Shown here: positions 38,601 to 53,600 of the stretch, one piece after another
Numbering within the stretch: the first letter of the stretch is position 1
Layout of the letters: each line of letters opens with the position of its first letter
Translations under genes and position numbers: made by a program
Origin: Eledone cirrhosa
Taxonomy: Eukaryota
Reading direction: 5' to 3'
Assembly: GCA_964016885.1 (NCBI GenBank)
Contig: OZ024740.1
Coordinates: 317,812,001 to 317,876,000, forward strand
Length of the DNA stretch: 64,000 nt
Notes under the pieces: generated by a model
What the model saw: only the letters and a program-made list of their open reading frames with translations
What the model was told of the DNA's origin: nothing
Database searches by the model: none

Positions 38601-41600
38601 TTACATTCTATCTAACATTCTAACAACTCCACCAATTCGAAATCTTTCTACTACAATACTCACCACAAATCATCCAGGATTGTCCCGTCTATTTCCACAA
38701 CTTACATTCTATCTGATATTCTAACGACTCTACCAATTCGAAGTCTTTCTACTACAATACTAACAACAAATAATCCAGGATTGTCTCTTCTATTTCCACA
38801 ACTTGCATTCTATCTGACATTCTAACGACTCTACCAATTCGAAGTCTTTCTACTACAATACTCACAACAAATAATCCAGGATTGTCTCGTCTATTTCCAC
38901 AACTTGCATTCTATCTGACATTCTAACGACTCTACCAATTCGCTGTCTTTCTACTACAATACTCAACAAATAATCCAGGACTGTCTCGTCTATTTCCACA
39001 ACTTACGTTCTATCTGACATTCTAAAGACTCTAACAATTCGAAGTCTTTCTACTACAATACTCAGAACAAATAATCCAGGTTTGTCTCGTCTATTTCCAC
39101 AACTTACATTCTATCTAACATTCTAACGACTCTACCAATTCGAAGCCTTTTTACTACATTACTCACAACAAATAATTCAGGATTGCCCCGTCTATTTCCA
39201 CAACTCACATTCTACCTGACATTCTAACGACTCTACCAATTCGCTGTCTTTCTACTACAATACTCACAACAAATAATCCAGGATTGTCTTGTCTATTTCC
39301 ACAACTTACATTCTATCTAACATTCTAACAACTCCACCAATTCGAAATCTTTCTACTACAATACTCACAACAAATCATCCAGGATTGTCTCGTCTATTTC
39401 CACAACTTACGTTCTATTTGATATTCTAACGACTCTACCAATTCGAAGTCTTTCTACTACAATACTAACAACAAATAATCCAGGATTGTCTCTTCTATTT
39501 CCACAACTTACATTCTATCTAACATTCTAACAACTCCACCAATTCGAAATCTTTCTACTACAATACTCACAACAAATCATCCAGGATTGTCCCGTCTATT
39601 TCCACAACTTACATTCTATCTGATATTCTAACGACTCTACCAATTCGAAGTCTTTCTACTACAATACTAACAACAAATAATCCAGGATTGTCTCTTCTAT
39701 TTCCACAACTTGCATTCTATCTGACATTCTAATGACTCTACCAATTCGAAGTCTTTCTACTACAATACTCACAACAAATAATCCAGGATTGTCTCGTCTA
39801 TTTCCACAACTTGCATTCTATCTGACATTCTAACGACTCTACCAATTCGAAGTCTTTCTACTACAATACTCACAACAAATAATCCAGGATTGTCTCGTCT
39901 ATTTCCACAAATTACATTCTATCTGACATTCTAACGACTCTACCAATTCGCTGTCTTTCTACTACAATACTCACAACAAATAATCCAGGATTGTCTCGTC
40001 TATTTCCACAACATACATTCTATCTGACATTCTAACGACTCTACCAATTCGCTGTCTTTCTACTACAATACTCAACAAATAATCCAGGACTGTCTCGTCT
40101 ATTTCCACAACTTACGTTCTATCTGACATTCTAAAGACTCTAACAATTCGAAGTCTTTCTACTACAATACTCAGAACAAATAACGCAGGTTTGTCTCGTC
40201 TATTTCCACAACTTACATTCTATCTAACATTCTAACGACTCTACCAATTCGAAGCCTTTTTACTACATTACTCACAACAAATAATTCAGGATTGTCTCGT
40301 CTATTTCCACAAATTACGTTCTATCTGACATTCTAACGACTCTACCAATTCGCTGTCTTTCTACTACAATACTCACAACAAATAATCCAGGATTGTCTCG
40401 TCTATTTCCACAACTTACATTCTATCTAACATTCTAAGAACTCCACCAATTCGAAATCTTTCTACTACAATACTCACAACAAATCATCCAGGATTGTCTC
40501 GTCTATTTCCACAACTTACATTCTATCTGATATTCTAACGACTCTACCAATTCGAAGTCTTTCTACTACAATACTAACAACAAATAATCCAGGATTGTCT
40601 CTTCTATTTCCACAACTTGCATTCTATCTGACATTCTAACGACTCTACCAATTCGAAGTCTTTCTACTACAATACTCACAACAAATAATCTAGGATTGTC
40701 TCGTCTATTTCCACAACTTGCATTCTATCTGACATTCTAACGACTCTACCAATTCGAAGTCTTTCTACTACAATACTCACAACAAATAATCCAGGATTGT
40801 CTCGTCTATTTCCACAAATTACATTCTATCTGACATTCTAACGACTCTACCAATTCGCTGTCTTTCTACTACAATACTCACAACAAATAATCCAGGATTG
40901 TCTCGTCTATTTCCACAACATACATTCTTTCTGACATTCTAACGACTCTACCAATTCGCTGTCTTTCTACTACAATACTCAACAAATAATCCAGGACTGT
41001 CTCGTCTATTTCCAAAACTTACGTTCTATCTGACATTCTAAAGACTCTAACAATTCGAAGTCTTTCTACTACAATACTCAACAAATAATCCAGGATTGTC
41101 TCTTCTATTTCCACAACTTACATTCTATCTAACATTCTAACAACTCCACCAATTCGAAATCTTTATACTACAATACTCAGAACAAATAATCCAGGTTTGT
41201 CTCGTCTATTTCCACAACTTACATTCTATCTAACATTCTAACGACTCTACCTATTCGAAGTCTTTCTACTATAATACTAACAACAAATAATCCAGGATTG
41301 TCTCTTCTATTTCCACAACTTACATTCTATCTAACATTCTAACGCCTCTACCAATTCGAAGCCTTTTTTCTACATTACTCACAACAAATAATTCAGGATT
41401 GCCCCGTCTATTTCCACAACTTACATTCTACCTGACATTCTAACGACTCTACCAATTCGCTGTCTTTCTACTACAATACTCACAACAAATAATCCAGGAT
41501 TGTCTCGTCTATTTCCACAACTTACATTCTATCTAACATCTAACAACTCCACCAATTCGAAATCTTTCTACTACAATACTCACAACAAATAATCCAGGAT

Positions 41601-44600
41601 TGTCTCGTCTATTTCCACAACTTACATTCTATCTGATATTCTAACGACTCTACCAATTCGAAGTCTTTCTACTACAATACTAACAACAAATAATCCAGGA
41701 TTGTCTCTTCTATTTCCACAACTTACATTCTATCTAACATTCTAACAACTCCACCAATTCGAAATCTTTCTACTACAATACTCACAACAAATCATCCAGG
41801 ATTGTCTCGTCTATTTCCACAACTTACATTCTATCTGATATTCTAACGACTCTACGAATTCGAAGTCTTTCTACTACAATACTAACAACAAATAATCCAG
41901 GATTGTCTCTTCTATTTCCACAACTTGCATTCTATCTGACATTCTAATGACTCTACCAATTCGAAGTCTTTCTACTACAATACTCACAACAAATAATCCA
42001 GGATTGTCTCGTCTATTTCCACAACTTGCATTCTATCTGACATTCTAACGACTCTACCAATTCGAAGTCTTTCTACTACAATACTCACAACAAATAATCC
42101 AGGATTGTCTCGTCTATTTCCACAAATTACATTCTATCTGACATTCTAACGACTCTACCAATTCGCTGTCTTTCTACTACAATACTCACAACAAATAATC
42201 CAGGATTGTCTCGTCTATTTCCACAACATACATTCTATCTGACATTCTAACGACTCTACCAATTCGCTGTCTTTCTACTACAATACTCACAACAAATAAT
42301 CCAGGATTGTCTCGTCTATTTCCACAACTTACATTCTATCTAACATTCTAACAACTCCACCAATTCGAAATGTTTCTACTACAATACTCACAACAAATCA
42401 TCCAGTATTGTCTCGTCTATTTCCACAACTTACATTCTATCTGATATTCTAACGACTCTACGAATTCGAAGTCTTTCTACTACAATACTAACAACAAATA
42501 ATCCAGGATTGTCTCTTCTATTTCCACAACTTGCATTCTATCTGACATTCTAATGACTCTACCAATTCGAAGTCTTTCTACTACAATACTCACAACAAAT
42601 AATCCAGGATTGTCTCGTCTATTTCCACAACTTACGTTCTATCTGATATTCTAACGACTCTACCAATTCGAAGTCTTTCTACTACAATACTAACAACAAA
42701 TAATCCAGGATTGTCTCTTCTATTTCCACAACTTACATTCTATCTAACATTCTAACAACTCCACCAATTCGAAATCTTTCTACTACAATACTCACCACAA
42801 ATCATCCAGGATTGTCCCGTCTATTTCCACAACTTACATTCTATCTGATATTCTAACGACTCTACCAATTCGAAGTCTTTCTACTACAATACTAACAACA
42901 AATAATCCAGGATTGTCTCTTCTATTTCCACAACTTGCATTCTATCTGACATTCTAACGACTCTACCAATTCGAAGTCTTTCTACTACAATACTCACAAC
43001 AAATAATCCAGGATTGTCTCGTCTATTTCCACAACTTGCATTCTATCTGACATTCTAACGACTCTACCAATTCGCTGTCTTTCTACTACAATACTCAACA
43101 AATAATCCAGGACTGTCTCGTCTATTTCCACAACTTACGTTCTATCTGACATTCTAAAGACTCTAACAATTCGAAGTCTTTCTACTACAATACTCAGAAC
43201 AAATAATCCAGGTTTGTCTCGTCTATTTCCACAACTTACATTCTATCTAACATTCTAACGACTCTACCAATTCGAAGCCTTTTTACTACATTACTCACAA
43301 CAAATAATTCAGGATTGCCCCGTCTATTTCCACAACTCACATTCTACCTGACATTCTAACGACTCTACCAATTCGCTGTCTTTCTACTACAATACTCACA
43401 ACAAATAATCCAGGATTGTCTCGTCTATTTCCACAACTTACATTCTATCTAACATTCTAACAACTCCACCAATTCGAAATCTTTCTACTACAATACTCAC
43501 AACAAATCATCCAGGATTGTCTCGTCTATTTCCACAACTTACGTTCTATTTGATATTCTAACGACTCTACCAATTCGAAGTCTTTCTACTACAATACTAA
43601 CAACAAATAATCCAGGATTGTCTCTTCTATTTCCACAACTTACATTCTATCTAACATTCTAACAACTCCACCAATTCGAAATCTTTCTACTACAATACTC
43701 ACAACAAATCATCCAGCATTGTCCCGTCTATTTCCACAACTTACATTCTATCTGATATTCTAACGACTCTACCAATTCGAAGTCTTTCTACTACAATACT
43801 AACAACAAATAATCCAGGATTGTCTCTTCTATTTCCACAACTTGCATTCTATCTGACATTCTAATGACTCTACCAATTCGAAGTCTTTCTACTACAATAC
43901 TCACAACAAATAATCCAGGATTGTCTCGTCTATTTCCACAACTTGCATTCTATCTGACATTCTAACGACTCTACCAATTCGAAGTCTTTCTACTACAATA
44001 CTCACAACAAATAATCCAGGATTGTCTCGTCTATTTCCACAAATTACATTCTATCTGACATTCTAACGACTCTACCAATTCGCTGTCTTTCTACTACAAT
44101 ACTCACAACAAATAATCCAGGATTGTCTCGTCTATTTCCACAACATACATTCTATCTGACATTCTAACGACTCTACCAATTCGCTGTCTTTCTACTACAA
44201 TACTCAACAAATAATCCAGGACTGTCTCGTCTATTTCCACAACTTACGTGCTATCTGACATTCTAAAGACTCTAACAATTCGAAGTCTTTCTACTACAAT
44301 AGTCAGAACAAATAACGCAGGTTTGTCTCGTCTATTTCCACAACTTACATTCTATCTAACATTCTAACGACTCTACCAATTCGAAGCCTTTTTACTACAT
44401 TACTCACAACAAATAATTCAGGATTGTCTCGTCTATTTCCACAAATTACGTTCTATCTGACATTCTAACGACTCTACCAATTCGCTGTCTTTCTACTACA
44501 ATACTCACAACAAATAATCCAGGATTGTCTCGTCTATTTCCACAACTTACATTCTATCTAACATTCTAAGAACTCCACCAATTCGAAATCTTTCTACTAC

Positions 44601-47600
44601 AATACTCACAACAAATCATCCAGGATTGTCTCGTCTATTTCCACAACTTACATTCTATCTGATATTCTAACGACTCTACCAATTCGAAGTCTTTCTACTA
44701 CAATACTAACAACAAATAATCCAGGATTGTCTCTTCTATTTCCACAACTTGCATTCTATCTGACATTCTAACGACTCTACCAATTCGAAGTCTTTCTACT
44801 ACAATACTCACAACAAATAATCCAGGATTGTCTCGTCTATTTCCACAACTTGCATTCTATCTGACATTCTAACGACTCTACCAATTCGAAGTCTTTCTAC
44901 TACAATACTCACAACAAATAATCCAGGATTATCTCGTCTATTTCCACAAATTACATTCTATCTGACATTCTAACGACTCTACCAATTCGCTGTCTTTCTA
45001 CTACAATACTCACAACAAATAATCCAGGATTGTCTCGTCTATTTCCACAACATACATTCTTTCTGACATTCTAACGACTCTACCAATTCGCTGTCTTTCT
45101 ACTACAATACTCAACAAATAATCCAGGACTGTCTCGTCTATTTCCAAAACTTACGTTCTATCTGACATTCTAAAGACTCTAACAATTCGAAGTCTTTCTA
45201 CTACAATACTCAACAAATAATCCAGGATTGTCTCTTCTATTTCCACAACTTACATTCTATCTAACATTCTAACAACTCCACCAATTCGAAATCTTTATAC
45301 TACAATACTCAGAACAAATAATCCAGGTTTGTCTCGTCTATTTCCACAACTTACATTCTATCTAACATTCTAACGACTCTACCTATTCGAAGTCTTTCTA
45401 CTATAATACTAACAACAAATAATCCAGGATTGTCTCTTCTATTTCCACAACTTACATTCTATCTAACATTCTAACGCCTCTACCAATTCGAAGCCTTTTT
45501 TCTACATTACTCACAACAAATAATTCAGGATTGCCCCGTCTATTTCCACAACTTACATTCTACCTGACATTCTAACGACTCTACCAATTCGCTGTCTTTC
45601 TACTACAATACTCACAACAAATAATCCAGGATTGTCTCGTCTATTTCCACAACTTACATTCTATCTAACATCTAACAACTCCACCAATTCGAAATCTTTC
45701 TACTACAATACTCACAACAAATAATCCAGGATTGTCTCGTCTATTTCCACAACTTACATTCTATCTGATATTCTAACGACTCTACCAATTCGAAGTCTTT
45801 CTACTACAATACTAACAACAAATAATCCAGGATTGTCTCTTCTATTTCCACAACTTACATTCTATCTAACATTCTAACAACTCCACCAATTCGAAATCTT
45901 TCTACTACAATACTCACAACAAATCATCCAGGATTGTCTCGTCTATTTCCACAACTTACATTCTATCTGATATTCTAACGACTCTACGAATTCGAAGTCT
46001 TTCTACTACAAAACTAACAACAAATAATCCAGGATTGTCTCTTCTATTTCCACAACTTGCATTCTATCTGACATTCTAATGACTCTACCAATTCGAAGTC
46101 TTTCTACTACAATACTCACAACAAATAATCCAGGATTGTCTCGTCTATTTCCACAACTTGCATTCTATCTGACATTCTAACGACTCTACCAATTCGAAGT
46201 CTTTCTACTACAATACTCACAACAAATAATCCAGGATTGTCTCGTCTATTTCCACAAATTACATTCTATCTGACATTCTAACGACTCTACCAATTCGCTG
46301 TCTTTCTACTACAATACTCACAACAAATAATCCAGGATTGTCTCGTCTATTTCCACAACATACATTCTATCTGACATTCTAACGACTCTACCAATTCGCT
46401 GTCTTTCTATAACAATACTCACAACAAATAATCCAGGATTGTCTCGTCTATTTCCACAACTTACATTCTATCTAACATTCTAACAACTCCACCAATTCGA
46501 AATGTTTCTACTACAATACTCACAACAAATCATCCAGTATTGTCTCGTCTATTTCCACAACTTACATTCTATCTGATATTCTAACGACTCTACGAATTCG
46601 AAGTCTTTCTACTACAATACTAACAACAAATAATCCAGGATTGTCTCTTCTATTTCCACAACTTGCATTCTATCTGACATTCTAATGACTCTACCAATTC
46701 GAAGTCTTTCTACTACAATACTCACAACAAATAATCCAGGATTGTCTCGTCTATTTCCACAACTTACATTCTATCTAACATTCTAACGACTCTACCAATT
46801 CGAAGCCTTTTTACTACATTACTCACAACAAATAATCCAGGATTGTCTCGTCTATTTCCACAACTTACATTCTATCTGATATTCTAACGACTCTACCAAT
46901 TCGAAGTCTTTCTACTACAATACTCACAACAAATAATCCAGGATTGTCTCGTCTATTTCCACAACTTACATTCTATCTGATATTCTAACGACTCTACCAA
47001 TTCGAAGTCTTTCTACTACAATACTAACAACAAATAATCCAGGAATGTCTCTTCTATTTCCACAACTTACATTCTATCTGACATTCTAACAACTCTACCA
47101 ATTCGAAATCCTTCTCCTACAATACTCACAACAAATAATCCAGGATTGTCTCGTCTATTTACACAACTTACATTCTATCTGATATTCTAACGACTATACC
47201 AATTCGAAGTCTTTCTACTACAATACTAACAAGAAATAATCCAGGATTGTCTCTTCTATTTCCACAACTTACATTCTATCTGACATTCTAACAACTCTAC
47301 CAATTCGAAATCTTTCTACAACAATACTCACAACAAATAATCCAGGATTGTCTCGTCTATTTCCACAACTTGCATTCTATGTGACATTCTAACGACTCTA
47401 CCAATTCGAAGTCTTTCTACTACAATACTCACAACAAATAATCCAGGATTGTCTCGTCTATTTCCACAAATTACATTCTATCTGACATTCTAACGACTCT
47501 ACCAATTCGCTGTCTTTCTACTACAATACTCACAACAAATAATCCAGGTTTGTCTCGTCTATTTCCACAACTTACATTCTATCTAACATTCTAACGACTC

Positions 47601-50600
47601 TACCTATTCGAAGTCTTTCTACTATAATACTAACAACAAATAATCCAGGATTGTCTCTTCTATTTCCACAACTTACATTCTATCTAACATTCTAACGCCT
47701 CTACCAATTCGAAGCCTTTTTTCTACATTACTCACAACAAATAATTCAGGATTGCCCCGTCTATTTCCACAACTTACATTCTACCTGACATTCTAACGAC
47801 TCTACCAATTCGCTGTCTTTCTACTACAATACTCACAACAAATAATCCAGGATTGTCTCGTCTATTTCCACAACTTACATTCTATCTAACATCTAACAAC
47901 TCCACCAATTCGAAATCTTTCTACTACAATACTCACAACAAATAATCCAGGATTGTCTCGTCTATTTCCACAACTTACATTCTATCTGATATTCTAACGA
48001 CTCTACGAATTCGAAGTCTTTCTACTACAATACTAACAACAAATAATCCAGGATTGTCTCTTCTATTTCCACAACTTACATTCTATCTGATATTCTAACG
48101 ACTCTACGAATTCGAAGTCTTTCTACTACAATACTAACAACAAATAATCCAGGATTGTCTCTTCTATTTCCACAACTTGCATTCTATCTGACATTCTAAT
48201 GACTCTACCAATTCGAAGTCTTTCTACTACAATACTCACAACAAATAATCCAGGATTGTCTCGTCTAATTCCACAACTTGCATTCTATCTGACATTCTAA
48301 CGACTCTACCAATTTGAAGTCTTTCTACTACAATACTCACAACAAATAATCCAGGATTGTCTCGTCTATTTCCACAAATTACATTCTATCTGACATTCTA
48401 ACGACTCTACCAATTCGCTGTCTTTCTACTACAATACTCACAACAAATAGTCCAGGATTGTCTCGTCTATTTCCACAACATACATTCTATCTGACATTCT
48501 AACGACTCTACCAATTCGCTGTCTTTCTACTACAATACTCAACAAATAATCCAGGACTGTCTCGTCTATTTCCACAACTTACGTTCTATCTGACATTCTA
48601 AAGACTCTAACAATTCGAAGTCTTTCTACTACAATACTCAGAACAAATAATCCAGGTTTGTCTCGTCTATTTCCACAACTTACATTCTATCTAACATTCT
48701 AACGACTCTACCAATTCGAAGCCTTTTTACTACATTACTCACAACAAATAATTCAGGATTGCCCCGTCTATTTCCACAACTTACATTCTACCTGACATTC
48801 TAACGACTCTACCAATTCGCTGTCTTTCTACTACAATACTCACAACAAATAATCCAGGATTGTCTCGTCTATTTCCACAACTTACATTCTATCTAACATT
48901 CTAACAACTCCACCAATTCGAAATCTTTCTACTACAATACTCACAACAAATCATCCAGGATTGTCTCGTCTATTTCCACAACTTACGTTCTATCTGATAT
49001 TCTAACGACTCTACCAATTCGAAGTCTTTCTACTACAATACTAACAACAAATAATCCAGGATTGTCTCTTCTATTTCCACAACTTACATTCTATCTAACA
49101 TTCTAACAACTCCACCAATTCGAAATCTTTCTACTACAATACTCACAACAAATCATCCAGGATTGTCCCGTCTATTTCCACAACTTACATTCTATCTGAT
49201 ATTCTAACGACTCTACCAATTCGAAGTCTTTCTACTACAATACTAACAACAAATAATCCAGGATTGTCTCGTCTATTTCCACAACTTACATTCTATCTGA
49301 CATTCTAACGACTCTACCAATTCGCTGTATTTCTACTACAATACTCACAACAAATAATCCAGGATTGTCTCGTCTATTTCCATAACATACATTCTATCTG
49401 ACATTCTAACGACTCTTCCAATTCGCTGTCTTTCTACTACAATACTCAACAAATAATCCAGGACTGTCTCGTCTATTTCCACAACTTACGTTCTATCTGA
49501 CATTCTAAAGACTCTAACAATTCGAAGTCTTTCTACTACAATACTCAGAACAAATAATCCAGGTTTGTCTCGTCTATTTCCACAACTTACATTCTATCTA
49601 ACATTCTAACGACTCTACCAATTCGAAGCCTTTTTACTACATTACTCACAACAAATAATTCAGGATTGCCCCGTCTATTTCCACAACTTACATTCTACCT
49701 GACATTCTAACGACTCTACCAATTCGCTGTCTTTCTACTACAATACTCACAACAAATAATCCAGGATTGTCTCGTCTATTTCCACAACTTACATTCTATC
49801 TAACATTCTAACAACTCCACCAATTCGAAATCTTTCTACTACAATACTCACAACAAATCATCCAGGATTGTCTCGTCTATTTCCACAACTTACGTTCTAT
49901 CTGATATTCTAACGACTCTACCAATTCGAAGTCTTTCTACTACAATACTCACAACAAATAATCCAGGATTGTCTCTTCTATTTCCACAACTTACATTCTA
50001 TCTAACATTCTAACAACTCCACCAATTCGAAATCTTTCTACTACAATACTCACAACAAATCATCCAGGATTGTCCCGTCTATTTCCACAACTTACATTCT
50101 ATCTGATATTCTAACGACTCTACCAATTCGAAGTCTTTCTACTACAATACTAACAACAAATAATCCAGGACTGTCTCGTCTATTTCCACAACTTACGTTC
50201 TATCTGACATTCTAAAGACTCTAACAATTCGAAGTCTTTCTACTACAATACTCAGAACAAATAATCCAGGTTTGTCTCGTCTATTTCCACAACTTACATT
50301 CTATCTAACATTCTAACGACTCTACCAATTCGAAGCCTTTTTACTACATTACTCACAACAAATAATTCAGGATTGCCCCGTCTATTTCCACAACTTACAT
50401 TCTACCTGACATTCTAACGACTCTACCAATTCGCTGTCTTTCTACTACAATACTCACAACAAATAATCCAGGATTGTCTCGTCTATTTCCACAACTTACA
50501 TTCTATCTAACATTCTAACAACTCCACCAATTCGAAATCTTTCTACTACAATACTCACAACAAATCATCCAGGATTGTCTCGTCTATTTCCACAACTTAC

Positions 50601-53600
50601 GTTCTATCTGATATTCTAACGACTCTACCAATTCGAAGTCTTTCTACTACAATACTAACAACAAATAATCCAGGATTGTCTCTTCTATTTCCACAACTTA
50701 CATTCTATCTAACATTCTAACAACTCCACCAATTCGAAATCTTTCTACTACAATACTCACCACAAATCATCCAGGATTGTCCCGTCTATTTCCACAACTT
50801 ACATTCTATCTGATATTCTAACGACTCTACCAATTCGAAGTCTTTCTACTACAATACTAACAACAAATAATCCAGGATTGTCTCTTCTATTTCCACAACT
50901 TGCATTCTATCTGACATTCTAACGACTCTACCAATTCGAAGTCTTTCTACTACAATACTCACAACAAATAATCCAGGATTGTCTCGTCTATTTCCACAAC
51001 TTGCATTCTATCTGACATTCTAACGACTCTACCAATTCGCTGTCTTTCTACTACAATACTCAACAAATAATCCAGGACTGTCTCGTCTATTTCCACAACT
51101 TACGTTCTATCTGACATTCTAAAGACTCTAACAATTCGAAGTCTTTCTACTACAATACTCAGAACAAATAATCCAGGTTTGTCTCGTCTATTTCCACAAC
51201 TTACATTCTATCTAACATTCTAACGACTCTACCAATTCGAAGCCTTTTTACTACATTACTCACAACAAATAATTCAGGATTGCCCCGTCTATTTCCACAA
51301 CTCACATTCTACCTGACATTCTAACGACTCTACCAATTCGCTGTCTTTCTACTACAATACTCACAACAAATAATCCAGGATTGTCTCGTCTATTTCCACA
51401 ACTTACATTCTATCTAACATTCTAACAACTCCACCAATTCGAAATCTTTCTACTACAATACTCACAACAAATCATCCAGGATTGTCTCGTCTATTTCCAC
51501 AACTTACGTTCTATCTGATATTCTAACGACTCTACCAATTCGAAGTCTTTCTACTACAATACTAACAACAAATAATCCAGGATTGTCTCTTCTATTTCCA
51601 CAACTTACATTCTATCTAACATTCTAACAACTCCACCAATTCGAAATCTTTCTACTACAATACTCACAACAAATCATCCAGGATTGTCCCGTCTATTTCC
51701 ACAACTTACATTCTATCTGATATTCTAACGACTCTACCAATTCGAAGTCTTTCTACTACAATACTAACAACAAATAATCCAGGATTGTCTCTTCTATTTC
51801 CACAACTTGCATTCTATCTGACATTCTAATGACTCTACCAATTCGAAGTCTTTCTACTACAATACTCACAACAAATAATCCAGGATTGTCTCGTCTATTT
51901 CCACAACTTGCATTCTATCTGACATTCTAACGACTCTACCAATTCGAAGTCTTTCTACTACAATACTCACAACAAATAATCCAGGATTGTCTCGTCTATT
52001 TCCACAAATTACATTCTATCTGACATTCTAACGACTCTACCAATTCGCTGTCTTTCTACTACAATACTCACAACAAATAATCCAGGATTGTCTCGTCTAT
52101 TTCCACAACATACATTCTATCTGACATTCTAACGACTCTACCAATTCGCTGTCTTTCTACTACAATACTCAACAAATAATCCAGGACTGTCTCGTCTATT
52201 TCCACAACTTACGTTCTATCTGACATTCTAAAGACTCTAACAATTCGAAGTCTTTCTACTACAATACTCAGAACAAATAACGCAGGTTTGTCTCGTCTAT
52301 TTCCACAACTTACATTCTATCTAACATTCTAACGACTCTACCAATTCGAAGCCTTTTTACTACATTACTCACAACAAATAATTCAGGATTGTCTCGTCTA
52401 TTTCCACAAATTACGTTCTATCTGACATTCTAACGACTCTACCAATTCGCTGTCTTTCTACTACAATACTCACAACAAATAATCCAGGATTGTCTCGTCT
52501 ATTTCCACAACTTACATTCTATCTAACATTCTAAGAACTCCACCAATTCGAAATCTTTCTACTACAATACTCACAACAAATCATCCAGGATTGTCTCGTC
52601 TATTTCCACAACTTACATTCTATCTGATATTCTAACGACTCTACCAATTCGAAGTCTTTCTACTACAATACTAACAACAAATAATCCAGGATTGTCTCTT
52701 CTATTTCCACAACTTGCATTCTATCTGACATTCTAACGACTCTACCAATTCGAAGTCTTTCTACTACAATACTCACAACAAATAAACCAGGATTGTCTCG
52801 TCTATTTCCACAACTTGCATTCTATCTGACATTCTAACGACTCTACCAATTCGAAGTCTTTCTACTACAATACTCACAACAAATAATCCAGGATTGTCTC
52901 GTCTATTTCCACAAATTACATTCTATCTGACATTCTAACGACTCTACCAATTCGCTGTCTTTCTACTACAATACTCACAACAAATAATCCAGGATTGTCT
53001 CGTCTATTTCCACAACATACATTCTTTCTGACATTCTAACGACTCTACCAATTCGCTGTCTTTCTACTACAATACTCAACAAATAATCCAGGACTGTCTC
53101 GTCTATTTCCAAAACTTACGTTCTATCTGACATTCTAAAGACTCTAACAATTCGAAGTCTTTCTACTACAATACTCAACAAATAATCCAGGATTGTCTCT
53201 TCTATTTCCACAACTTACATTCTATCTAACATTCTAACAACTCCACCAATTCGAAATCTTTATACTACAATACTCAGAACAAATAATCCAGGTTTGTCTC
53301 GTCTATTTCCACAACTTACATTCTATCTAACATTCTAACGACTCTACCTATTCGAAGTCTTTCTACTATAATACTAACAACAAATAATCCAGGATTGTCT
53401 CTTCTATTTCCACATCTTACATTCTATCTAACATTCTAACGCCTCTACCAATTCGAAGCCTTTTTTCTACATTACTCACAACAAATAATTCAGGATTGCC
53501 CCGTCTATTCCCACAACTTACATTCTACCTGACATTCTAACGACTCTACCAATTCGCTGTCTTTCTACTACAATACTCACAACAAATAATCCAGGATTGT

